Assembly (NCBI GenBank): GCA_023229825.1
Contig: JALNYN010000003.1
Span: 16,528-80,527, forward strand
From: Minisyncoccota bacterium
GTDB taxonomy: Bacteria; Patescibacteriota; Minisyncoccia; Phycocordibacterales; CAIJYI01
Length of the DNA: 64,000 bases
Reading direction: 5' to 3'
Under the pieces are notes generated by a model. The model had not been told where the DNA came from. It was given only the letters and a program-made list of their open reading frames with translations, and did not search any database. Both the position numbers and the translations under genes were made by a program. Below, in pieces: positions 9,379 to 19,200 of this stretch (positions are counted from its first letter, which is position 1; each line of letters starts with the position of its first letter).

Positions 9379-9825
9379 ATGAAAGAACAAACACATAAAT
9401 TCATGGAGGAATTCAAGGCCTTCGCCATGCGCGGTAATGTCGTCGACATGGCCGTAGGTATCATCATTGGAGGTGCGTTCGGAAAGATCGTGTCTTCGGT
9501 TGTCAGCGATATCATTATGCCCCCGATCGGCGTGCTGGTGGGCGGGGTCAAATTTACCGATCTCAAGCTCACCTTGAAAGGCGCGTCCACTGATCCCGTC
9601 ACGGGTAAGGTCTTGGAAGCGGTATATTTGAATTATGGACAATTTCTGCAGACGACCTTTGATTTTCTCATTATCGCGTTCTCCGTTTTTCTTATGGTGA
9701 AAACCATGCGAAAAATGCAGCAAAAAGAAGAAGTGAAACAAGAAGCTGCCGCACCCGCACCGCAGCCGACAAAGGAAGAACAATTACTAACCGAAATTCG
9801 CGATCTGCTGAAAGAAAGGAAATAG
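9379..9825 (+). CDS. mscL: large-conductance mechanosensitive channel MscL
   Basis: '[27 protein letters not shown]' signature; 148 aa. Confidence 0.9.
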   Translation: MKEQTHKFMEEFKAFAMRGNVVDMAVGIIIGGAFGKIVSSVVSDIIMPPIGVLVGGVKFTDLKLTLKGASTDPVTGKVLEAVYLNYGQFLQTTFDFLIIAFSVFLMVKTMRKMQQKEEVKQEAAAPAPQPTKEEQLLTEIRDLLKERK

Positions 9826-10155
9826 GGGATTGATCTGATGAACAAAAACGTTTCTTAATGCCGGACGGGGTCTCTGACCCCGTCCGATGTGTTTTTTTGT
9901 TATCGCCGGACTGGGGTTGCACCCCTGTCCGTCGTTTGTATGAAAAAAATATGCGCAGTAAAACTATGACATTCGAAAATGACATCATAAGTGATTTCAT
10001 CCAAACGTTTCGAACTGGGGTGCAACCCCAGTCCGGCTATAGAATGTTACGGACACCCGGTCCGGCGAAAGAATACCTTGCGGAGGTTTTATACATCAAT
10101 TTTCTAACGGGGTCAACATTTCGCTCGCCGTCATTTTCCTTTATACTTACATACT

Positions 10156-12126
10156 ATGAAAACTACAAAAAACTGGGGGTTTGACGTACGCGATCTTGAC
10201 ACGAATGTTCGTCCGACCGACGACTTTTTCCATTACTCGAGCGGCGGGTGGATAAAAAGAAATCCGATTCCCGCCACCGAGGCGATGTGGGGAAGTTTCA
10301 GCGTCCTTCGGCAGGATAATCGCAAAAAACTGAAAATAATCGTTGAGGAAGTTTCAAGAGATAAAAATGCCAAAGCGGGAAGCGAAGAACAGATGGTCCG
10401 GGATATCTATGCTACCGGAATGGATACCTCTAAACGCGACCGAGACGGAGCCGACCCGATCATGCCGATCCTTGAAAAGATCAGAACCATTAAAAAAACG
10501 GGAGATATTATTCCTCTTATGGCGTATCTTCACAAACTTGGATTCGGCGGACTATTCGGTTTTATGATCGACCAAGATGAACGACACAACGAAAAAAATA
10601 TTATATATCTGGGACAAAGCGGACTCTCGCTTCCGGATCGCGATTATTACCTGAAAGACGATGAGGATTCAAAACGCGTGCGCGTCGAATATCGAACACA
10701 TGTTATCGCCATGTTTAAGCTGTTAGGAAAAACACCGAAAGAATGTGCGATCTTACTCGAAGCTATTATGCGCATTGAGACCGAGCTCGCAAAAGCTTCG
10801 ATGACGCGGGTGGAACTTCGCGACATCGAAAAACAATACAACAGACGAACTCTCGCCAAACTCGCAAAAGAGGCGCCCGGCATTGATTGGCAAAAATATT
10901 TTCGGCTCGTCGGCATTTCCAACACAGGAGAACTTATCGTCAACCAGCCGATGTTCATGAAAAGGGCCGGCGAATTGATCACTGAGGTCTCACTCGATGA
11001 ATGGAAAGCGTATTTCACCTGGCATGTGGTCAGCGGAAGCGCCAATTTTCTCGGAAAACTTTTTGTAAACGAGCATTTCAAATTTTACAGTACTGTGCTT
11101 TCAGGAGTAAAAAAACAGCGCCCCGAATGGGAAAAAACGGTCGCCTTTATCGACGGAACGGTAGGAGAAGCGCTCGGAAAATTGTACGTAAAAAAACATT
11201 TCGATCACGAATCAAAGAAGAAGATCAATGAGCTGGTGGACAATCTCTTTGCCGCATATCGCGAACATATCGAAGCGGTCGACTGGATGAGTCCGCGCAC
11301 GAAAAAATTGGCGCTCAAAAAACTCGCCGCTTTCAAACGAAAACTCGGCTACCCCGATAAATGGAAAGGATACAAAGGACTCACCGTGAGGCCGGATTCC
11401 TATATCGAAAATTATTGGCGCGTGCATGAATTCGAATGGAAAAGGGAACTGCGCAAACTGAAAAAGAAACCCGATCTTATGGAATGGCACATGACGCCGC
11501 CGACCGTAAACGCCTATTTTAATCCGGTCATGAATGAGATCGTTTTTCCCGCCGGAGTGATGCAGCCGCCGTTTTTTGATGCGGAGGCGGATGATGCGGT
11601 AAACTATGGCGCCATCGGATCTGTGATCGGGCATGAGATCACGCACGGTTTCGACGATCAAGGCCGGCAGTTTGACGGCACGGGGAATTTCAAAAATTGG
11701 TGGACCGACGAAGACAAAAAGAAATTCGAAGAGAAAGCGAAAGTGATCGAAGAACAATTTAACGGCTACACGGCGATCGATAATATGAAGGTCAACGGCG
11801 CACTCACACTTGGGGAAAATATCGCCGACTTGGGCGGGCTCACGATCGCTTTTACCGCATTTAAAAAATCGCAAGAAGGGAAGGATCGGAAAATCCTGGA
11901 CGGCTTTACTCCGGAACAAAGATTTTTCTTGGGCTATGCGATGACCGAACGCGAACAGATACGCCCCGAACTGTTGAAAAAAATAATCGTTACCGACCCT
12001 CATTCACCCAGCATTTTCCGCGTCAACGGCCCGCTTTCCAATATGCCGGAATTTATTGAGGCGTGGGGTGTGAAAAAGGGAGATAAACTGTATCGCAAGC
12101 CGGAAGACAGAGCGAAGATATGGTAA
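10156..12126 (+). CDS. pepO: M13 family zinc endopeptidase (PepO/neprilysin-like)
   Basis: 'HEITHGFDDQG' HExxH motif, 'GENIADLGG', 'NAYF' motifs; 656 aa. Confidence 0.85.
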   Translation: MKTTKNWGFDVRDLDTNVRPTDDFFHYSSGGWIKRNPIPATEAMWGSFSVLRQDNRKKLKIIVEEVSRDKNAKAGSEEQMVRDIYATGMDTSKRDRDGADPIMPILEKIRTIKKTGDIIPLMAYLHKLGFGGLFGFMIDQDERHNEKNIIYLGQSGLSLPDRDYYLKDDEDSKRVRVEYRTHVIAMFKLLGKTPKECAILLEAIMRIETELAKASMTRVELRDIEKQYNRRTLAKLAKEAPGIDWQKYFRLVGISNTGELIVNQPMFMKRAGELITEVSLDEWKAYFTWHVVSGSANFLGKLFVNEHFKFYSTVLSGVKKQRPEWEKTVAFIDGTVGEALGKLYVKKHFDHESKKKINELVDNLFAAYREHIEAVDWMSPRTKKLALKKLAAFKRKLGYPDKWKGYKGLTVRPDSYIENYWRVHEFEWKRELRKLKKKPDLMEWHMTPPTVNAYFNPVMNEIVFPAGVMQPPFFDAEADDAVNYGAIGSVIGHEITHGFDDQGRQFDGTGNFKNWWTDEDKKKFEEKAKVIEEQFNGYTAIDNMKVNGALTLGENIADLGGLTIAFTAFKKSQEGKDRKILDGFTPEQRFFLGYAMTEREQIRPELLKKIIVTDPHSPSIFRVNGPLSNMPEFIEAWGVKKGDKLYRKPEDRAKIW

Positions 12127-12324
12127 AAATAGTCAAAAGTCGAAAGTCCGTCAAGTCACGACATGAATGCCCCCGACAAAATCCGTCATTCCGGGCAACG
12201 ACCCGGAATCCACGGCACGGCGCTGCACGTATGCACGTATGACAGATGGCTTTGTTTTTACACATCAATTTTCTAACGGGGTCAACCCTTTCTGCCGGCG
12301 TCATTTTTTGGTACAATAGAACGT

Positions 12325-13032
12325 ATGAAAAATAAAAGAATTCTTTTGAAACTTTCCGGCGAGGCACTCGCGGGGAAAACTGCCGAACAAAAATATTCTG
12401 AAGAAATGTTCGAGGATATTGCGGATCAGATCAAGAAATTACAAAAGAAAAAAGTGGAGATCGGCATCGTTGTCGGAGGGGGAAATCTTTTTCGAGGGCG
12501 CGATCTTTCGGGTTTGCCGGGGGTGAAGCGCATGACGGCGGATTATATCGGGATGCTCGGTACGGTGCAAAATTCGCTCGTTCTCCGCGATTATTTTGAG
12601 TCTGTCGGCATGGAAGCCCGCGTTTCTTCAGCGATCGGCATGCGCCGCGTGTGCGCCGAAATGATGCAAGCGGAAGTGGAAGAACATCTTTCATCCGGAC
12701 GGATCGTTATCTTCGCCGCAGGACTCGGAGCCGCATATTTCTCCACTGATTCCAATGCTGTCCAGCGTTCGCTCGAGATCGGCGCCGATATGCTTGTCAT
12801 GGCAAAGAACGGCGTTGACGGCATCTATACTGCCGATCCAAAAACCGATAAGAACGCCAAAAAGATCGATCGTTTGAAAGCCATCGAAGTTTTGCAGAAA
12901 AACCTGAAAGTGGCGGATGCTTCTGCTGTCGCACTCGCGAAAGAGCACGGACTCACGATCAAAGTCTGCGCCATGGACGCCATCACTGAAGTATTCAGCG
13001 ATAAGGTCGGATCCGTGATCGAACCGAATTAA
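12325..13032 (+). CDS. pyrH: UMP kinase
   Basis: 'RILLKLSGEAL', 'GIVVGGGNLFRG'. Confidence 0.9.
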   Translation: MKNKRILLKLSGEALAGKTAEQKYSEEMFEDIADQIKKLQKKKVEIGIVVGGGNLFRGRDLSGLPGVKRMTADYIGMLGTVQNSLVLRDYFESVGMEARVSSAIGMRRVCAEMMQAEVEEHLSSGRIVIFAAGLGAAYFSTDSNAVQRSLEIGADMLVMAKNGVDGIYTADPKTDKNAKKIDRLKAIEVLQKNLKVADASAVALAKEHGLTIKVCAMDAITEVFSDKVGSVIEPN

Positions 13033-13074
13033 TGAAAGTTTAATAAATATTTAGAAGTATAAAAATAGATCGTT

Positions 13075-13737
13075 ATGAAAAACAAAAACTTCATTTACAT
13101 CGCCATTATAATCTTCTGTGTTGTCGGTGCCGCGGCTTTCATTTATTCGTCAAATCAGAGATCCGCAGTAAAAACCGATACAACCACTCCTCGAGGAGCC
13201 GCAGAAGCCGTCACTCCGACGGGTACGGCACCGGTGGAACAACAAGCTATTAGCAGTAATAAAAAAACTATGAACACCGTAACCATCGATACGAGCATGG
13301 GGAAGATCGTTTTTGAAACCTACAACAACGACGCCCCGAAAACCGTTGAGAATTTTATCACGCTCGCGAACAAAGGATTTTATAACGGCGTCATCTTCCA
13401 CCGCGTTATCGATGGATTCATGATCCAAGGCGGCGATCCGACAGGAACAGGTTCGGGCGGACCGGGATATCAATTCGCCGATGAGTTGAACCCAAACACA
13501 GCATCTTACAAAACAGGCTACAAAAAAGGCGTAGTCGCCATGGCGAATGCAGGTCCCAATACGAACGGAAGCCAATTTTTCATAATGCTCGAAGATTATC
13601 CGCTGCCGAATCTGTATACCATTTTTGGAAAGGTCGTATCCGGACAGGAAGTTGTCGACGCGATAGGGAAGGTAAAAACCGGAACAAACGACAAACCGCT
13701 CTCGCCGGTAACGATCAATAAAGTGACTGTTGAATAA
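13075..13737 (+). CDS. ppiB: cyclophilin-type peptidyl-prolyl cis-trans isomerase with N-terminal signal anchor
   Basis: 'FHRVIDGFMIQGGDPTGTGSGG', 'GVVAMANAGPNTNGSQFFI'. Confidence 0.85.
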   Translation: MKNKNFIYIAIIIFCVVGAAAFIYSSNQRSAVKTDTTTPRGAAEAVTPTGTAPVEQQAISSNKKTMNTVTIDTSMGKIVFETYNNDAPKTVENFITLANKGFYNGVIFHRVIDGFMIQGGDPTGTGSGGPGYQFADELNPNTASYKTGYKKGVVAMANAGPNTNGSQFFIMLEDYPLPNLYTIFGKVVSGQEVVDAIGKVKTGTNDKPLSPVTINKVTVE

Positions 13738-13744
13738 ACAATAA

Positions 13745-13975
13745 AGTCGTACTCGTCATCCCGTTATATCGTCGGCTTTTGTCGTCATTCCGGACTTTGA
13801 TCCGGAATCCAAGTGATTAACAGTTAACGTGGATTCTGAATCGAGTTCAGAATGACGAAACGAAATGTAAACAAAAGCCGTCTCTCGTCATCCCGGGCCG
13901 CGACCCGGGATCCACGTTGCAACGGTTAACGTGGATTCTGAATCGAGTTCAGAATGACGAAAATAAGTGATATAA
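13745..13975. repeat. cluster of family-B palindromic repeats (about 5 units)
   Basis: Tandem 'acgtggattctgaatcgagttcagaatgacgaaa' twice, plus 'cgtcatcccgggccgcgacccgggatccacg'. Confidence 0.8.
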
Positions 13976-13985
13976 AGAATTCACC

Positions 13986-14450
13986 ATGAAATCAATTATC
14001 GAATCAGGAGGCATGGCGATGATAGAAGTCATCGCTCGTGCCGTAATAATTGACCAAAAAGCCGAAAAGGTGCTTTTCTGCGCGCCAATAAGCAAGAGTT
14101 ATTATTACCTTCCCGGCGGACACGTTGAAGCCGGAGAAGGAGCAGTAGCGGCTCTCCGGAGAGAATTGAGAGAGGAGATGGGAAAAGATATTTCGGACGA
14201 AAAATTTTCTTTTGCGGGGGCGGGTGAAAATTTTTTCATTCAGGAAGGGAAGAGCCATCACGAAGTAAATTTGTATTTTCGAGCGGATAATGTTTTTTCG
14301 GCATCAAAACAAATTGATCCTCAGGAAGATCATATTGTCTTCCAGTGGATCGCTCTTTCCACACTTGACGAATTTCCGATACTTCCCAAAGAAATAATTC
14401 CCATGATCAAAACATGGGCGGAGGATAACAGCGTTCTTTGGAATGATTGA
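13986..14450 (+). CDS. NUDIX hydrolase
   Basis: Nudix box 'GGHVEAGEGAVAALRRELREEMG'. Confidence 0.7.
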   Translation: MKSIIESGGMAMIEVIARAVIIDQKAEKVLFCAPISKSYYYLPGGHVEAGEGAVAALRRELREEMGKDISDEKFSFAGAGENFFIQEGKSHHEVNLYFRADNVFSASKQIDPQEDHIVFQWIALSTLDEFPILPKEIIPMIKTWAEDNSVLWND

Positions 14451-14586
14451 GCTTCTTTCGCCCGTCGTCATCCCGGGCAACGACCCGGGATCCATGTTGT
14501 GTTGCCGACGGACATGGATTCCGGATCGAGTCCGAAATGACGAGAACGGAATATATAATAAACTTTTGAAAGAACTTTATTGAACG

Positions 14587-15153
14587 ATGAAAAATATTTT
14601 TAAAGATATCAAACTCCCGTTTTTTGTCCTGCTGGCATTTTTTGCCTTTTCTTTGTGGCTCGGATTCGCTTCCGGTATGAACCACCCGAAAGAAGCCCGG
14701 ATGCTTTTTGATAAGCTCTTTGCGACCTTCAGTTCGCTCAAAGAGGTGAACATCATCGCGATGTTCTTCTTTATATTTTTAAACAACACGCTGAAATCTT
14801 TTGCGGTCGTTCTTCTCGGGACATTTTTCGGGATCGTGCCCATGGTCTTTGTCGCGGTGAACGGAATGCTTATCGGGGTAATGTCCGCAGTCGTGCTTGC
14901 TGAGCATGGTTCGGGATACCTCTTTGCGGGAACGATACCGCATGGAATATTGGAAGTGCCTGCTTTTTTGATCGCCTCATCCTACGGCCTCCAGCTCGGA
15001 AAAAGATATTATCTCAAGCTCAAATATAAAGAGCCGTTCAAGCCGTTTCTGGCAAAAGTAATGGAAAAAATGATCCGCCATGTCGTTCCTCTCTTTGCCG
15101 TTGCTTCTTTCATTGAAACGTTCATTACGATGACGATACTCCGATCCCTGTGA
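14587..15153 (+). CDS. SpoIIM/DUF95-family integral membrane protein
   Basis: 'IPHGILEVPAFLIA' motif; multiple TM helices. Confidence 0.5.
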   Translation: MKNIFKDIKLPFFVLLAFFAFSLWLGFASGMNHPKEARMLFDKLFATFSSLKEVNIIAMFFFIFLNNTLKSFAVVLLGTFFGIVPMVFVAVNGMLIGVMSAVVLAEHGSGYLFAGTIPHGILEVPAFLIASSYGLQLGKRYYLKLKYKEPFKPFLAKVMEKMIRHVVPLFAVASFIETFITMTILRSL

Positions 15154-15165
15154 TATAATGGGGTT

Positions 15166-15525
15166 ATGCGTTTTCGTAAAAAGAGGACTTTAGATAAATA
15201 CCATGCCTATCGGAAGAACGGTGACCGGCCGCACTGCGATTTTTGCGTTGACGAACCTCAAAATAAAAAGTATCTTTTTGCTCACTGGAAGATATTGAAA
15301 AATATGTTTCCCTACGATATGATCGCGGATTTCCATGATCTGATCGTACCAAGGCGCCATTTTCAGTGCGAATCCGAAATGACCGCAGCTGAGCGGGAAG
15401 AACTCGTTTACCTAAAAACCGAATTTTTACCGAAAGGAAAAAAATACGACATCATCTGGGAAAATTTCGCGCACATGAGAAGCGTGGACCATTACCACGT
15501 GCATATTCTGCGATTCAAAAAATGA
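15166..15525 (+). CDS. HIT-family (histidine triad) protein
   Basis: C-terminal 'VDHYHVHIL' HxHxHxx motif. Confidence 0.5.
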   Translation: MRFRKKRTLDKYHAYRKNGDRPHCDFCVDEPQNKKYLFAHWKILKNMFPYDMIADFHDLIVPRRHFQCESEMTAAEREELVYLKTEFLPKGKKYDIIWENFAHMRSVDHYHVHILRFKK

Positions 15526-15779
15526 GCACCGAAACGCACCCATATTTCGTTTACCTCCTAAAATGCGCCGACGGCACATACTATTGCGGCATCACCACCG
15601 ACCTAATCCGAAGGGTCACAGAGCACAACACCTCGCCCAAAGCCGCCAAATACACCCGAGCCAGAAGACCGGTAGTTTTGGCCTATTCAAAACAATACGA
15701 AACCCGAAGCCAAGCCAGCAAAGAAGAAGCAAGGATCAAGAAATTATCACGTACGGAAAAGACAAAGATTGCGAGATAA
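15522..15779 (+). CDS. GIY-YIG nuclease-domain protein (UPF0213/YhbQ-like)
   Basis: 'YFVYLLKCADGTYYCGITTDLIRRVTEHN'. Confidence 0.8.
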   Translation: MSTETHPYFVYLLKCADGTYYCGITTDLIRRVTEHNTSPKAAKYTRARRPVVLAYSKQYETRSQASKEEARIKKLSRTEKTKIAR

Positions 15780-16285
15780 AATCCATATAAAATGAATACG
15801 CAAATTACCAGAAGTTTTTGGGTGTTATCGAAAAAGCAAAGATCTCTTGTGAAAACAACGGCGAAGTTATCCACAACCATTTCGTTGATACTACCGACAT
15901 GGTCGGCATCGGTGAACTTTATCAAAAAACAGCAAATAGTCCTTGCTGTTTTTTGATATTTCCGGCGGGGCTCCCCGTTCCCGCAACGCCATCTGGTGGC
16001 CGCCGACTGGGGAGATTTACGACATCAGAAATTAAGTAATCAGTATATATCAACAAAAAACAAAGGCAATAAATAATAGTTGCTTTTTTCTTCCCATCAG
16101 TTTATTATTATCTTGTCGCCCCCCAATAGGTAGTATGTAAAATGGTTAAGCCCATAATTTTCGCTCCTGATCAAAAAAGGGCGATGGTTTCCAGTAGCGC
16201 TTAACCGTTTGGTAAGCATACCCTATTGGGCGACAACCATCGTCCTTTTTTGGTGGAAATATTTTATAACTAATAATGAAATTTC

Positions 16286-19200
16286 ATGAACGAGAAAAAA
16301 TATATTTGGGATGAATTTACGGGGAAATATGGGCTTTCTAAAACACTAAGTTTTGAGTTAGAACCGACAGAAAAAACTAGGGATTTTTTAAAAACTAACA
16401 AGGTTTTTGAGAGAGATCAAACGATTGATAACAGTTATAATCAGTCTAAGTTTTATTTTGATAAATTACATCAAGAATTTCTTAAAAATACTTTTTCCGA
16501 AGAGAATGTTGTATCGTTGAATTTCTGCAAGTTTGCAAAGTCTTTTGATGAAAAAACAAAAGAACTAATAAAAATACGAAAAGATTTAAATATAGCTAGA
16601 AAAGAAAAAATGAACAGTAATATTTTACAAAAAAAACTTATTGATGCTGAAGATGAAATAAGAAAAGAAAAAGAAGAATTATATAAAAAAATTCGTATTC
16701 TTATGGACACAGAGGCGGAAAAATGGAAAAAAACATATGCAAATAAACAACTTGAAGGCGGAAAAAAGATAATTTTTACCAAAAAGGAAAAGAAGGAAAA
16801 TAAAAATCTGAAGGGTGTCGGATTTCTCACCTCCTCCTCAATTTTACAAGTGCTGAAATATGAATTTCCTGCCTCAAAAGATATGGAGTTTATCTCACAA
16901 GGGTGGCCAAGTTTATTTGTGAAAGCTGATGAAACTCTAGATAATTATGGAGGTAAACAATATATATTTGATAGTTTTGATAAGTTCTCTGGATATTTAA
17001 CAAAATTTCAAGAAACACGAAAAAATATTTACGCCGAAAATGGCATTACTACGGCTGTTTCAACACGCATCCTGAGCAACTTAGAATTATTTTTGGTGAA
17101 CAAAAAAACTTTTGAAAGCAAATATGCCAATAGTTACAAAGATATCAGGGGTTTTAAAAATACAGATATTTTTAATATAAAACATTATGAAAAATGCTTG
17201 CTGCAGGAAGGAATTGAATCTTCTGAAGAATCCGGCGAGCTCGGAGATTCATATAATAAAATTATTGGTGATCTCAATAAATCAATAAAAGAACATCGCG
17301 ACCAGAAAGAGAGTGATGCTAAAAAAAATAAGGACAAAACGTTCAAGCGCGCCGACTACCCTTTGTTCAAAACTCTTGAAAAACAAATTCTGGGGGAAGT
17401 GCAAAAAGAAAGACAATTAATAGAAGCAACTGAAAACAGCACGGAGGAAGAGGTTTTTTTGAAGCGCTTCCGTGAATTTGCGAAATTAAATGAAAAGCAT
17501 TTTGATTCCGCAAAGAAGATTATGGAAAAACTGTTTTCCAGCGATGATTTTATCGCGGAATACGGTGGTATATATGTAAAAAATTCTTCAGTAAACACCA
17601 TCTCTCGGCGTTGGTTTTCGGATGTATATAACTTTGAAAAAAATCTTCCGCAAAGTTCAAAAACAAAGGCGGAAAGTGATTATATAAAAATAAAAAAATA
17701 TATATCGTTAGCAGATATAAAAAACTCTTTGGATCAATTAGAAGGAAAGCCATTTAAAGAAGATTATTACAAAAAAAATATTGTTGATTCGACAAAAAGT
17801 ATTTGGGAACAGTTTTTGATGATTTGGAAATTCGAGTTTAGTAGCCTGTTCAAGGATGTTACAAAAGAAAATAACGAAGTAATTCATGGCTATGACTTTT
17901 ATTTCAAGTTAGCAGATAAATTATCTTCATTTTCAAAAGAGAGAAAACCAGAAGAAATTGCAATTGTAAAAAATTACTCAGATTCCTCCTTACGAATTTT
18001 CCAAATGATGAAATACGTTGCTCTTGATGGATATGATATAGATAAACTTTCAGGGGTGAGCGGAGACTTTTATTCAGAAATGGACGAATATATAAGGAAT
18101 TTTCCGTTCAACCAGTATTACAACGCATTTCGCAACTTTGTTACTAAAAAACCTTACGACAACGATAAAATAAAACTCAATTTTGAAAAAGGTACTTTAT
18201 TAAATGGATGGGCAGAAAGTCCAAGGGGCAATGCACAATACTGCGGATATATTTTAAGAAAAAAAGATGATTATTTTTTGGCTGTTACCGAGTATACTCA
18301 TTTTCTAGATATAGAAAAATACCACCTCGCCACCAAAGATTATAATTCATATGAAAAATTGGAATACAGTTCCCTTGATTGGGGCAAGAATATAGCCGGT
18401 GGTAAAGTTTATGCTTCCTTCACAAAAACTCGATATGGAGAAAGCATTTCATATCAAGACCATAAGACGATATTAACCAAGCAACAACATGTTTCTTTGC
18501 TTAAAGATATTATAAAAGATAAATACGTTGCTCGTTTTCCAGAATTAAAAGCTTTTATTAAACAACATTTTGAAGACGTTCTCGAAATGCAAAAATCTTT
18601 TGCTAATTTGACTTTAGGCGGAATAAGTTTCCAAAACATTAGCGGATCATGGGTGGATAAGCAGGTTATTGAAGAAGAAGGTAAAAAACATGAATTATAC
18701 TTATTTCGTATTTTGAATCGAGACCTGAGAATAAAAAGAACCTCATCTAGTAATGTTCATACGTTATATTGGAACGCGTTGTTTTCTGAAGAAAATTTAG
18801 AACAACAAATATTTGATATTCTCGGGAATGCTGAAATATTTTATAGAAAAGCAAGTGTGGGTTTAAAAGTCCGTAAAAATGTAAAAGGAGAAGAGTACAT
18901 AAACAAAAAAGGCGAAAAAATAGTTGAAGGACGAAGATACTCTAGAGATATAATTTCTCTTCATATACCCATTGCACTAAATTCGCACAAAAAATCCGTT
19001 AAACCGGGACAATTCAATAAGGAAATAAATAGATACATTTCCAAAAGTTATAGGGACGAAAATGTAAATGTTATCGGACTGGACCGGGGAGAAAAACACT
19101 TAGTGTATTATTCTATTGTTAACCCGAGAGGAGAAATAATTGACCAGGGAAGTCTGAACAAAATTAATGGTATTGATTATTATGAAAAATTAATAACTCG

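Noticed and set aside
9858-10184. 108-aa ORF spanning family-A repeats upstream of pepO
   Set aside because: Consists of translated palindromic repeats and promoter region
11212-12003. 263-aa ORF antisense to pepO
   Set aside because: Embedded antisense ORF with no motifs; the pepO frame has HExxH/M13 signatures
15818-16039. 73-aa TTG-initiated ORF in the cas12a upstream gap
   Set aside because: Spans an intrinsic terminator hairpin and has no RBS; region more likely non-coding/structured RNA
16471-16830. 119-aa ORF antisense inside cas12a
   Set aside because: Low-complexity translation of the AT-rich opposite strand; fully embedded in a well-supported gene
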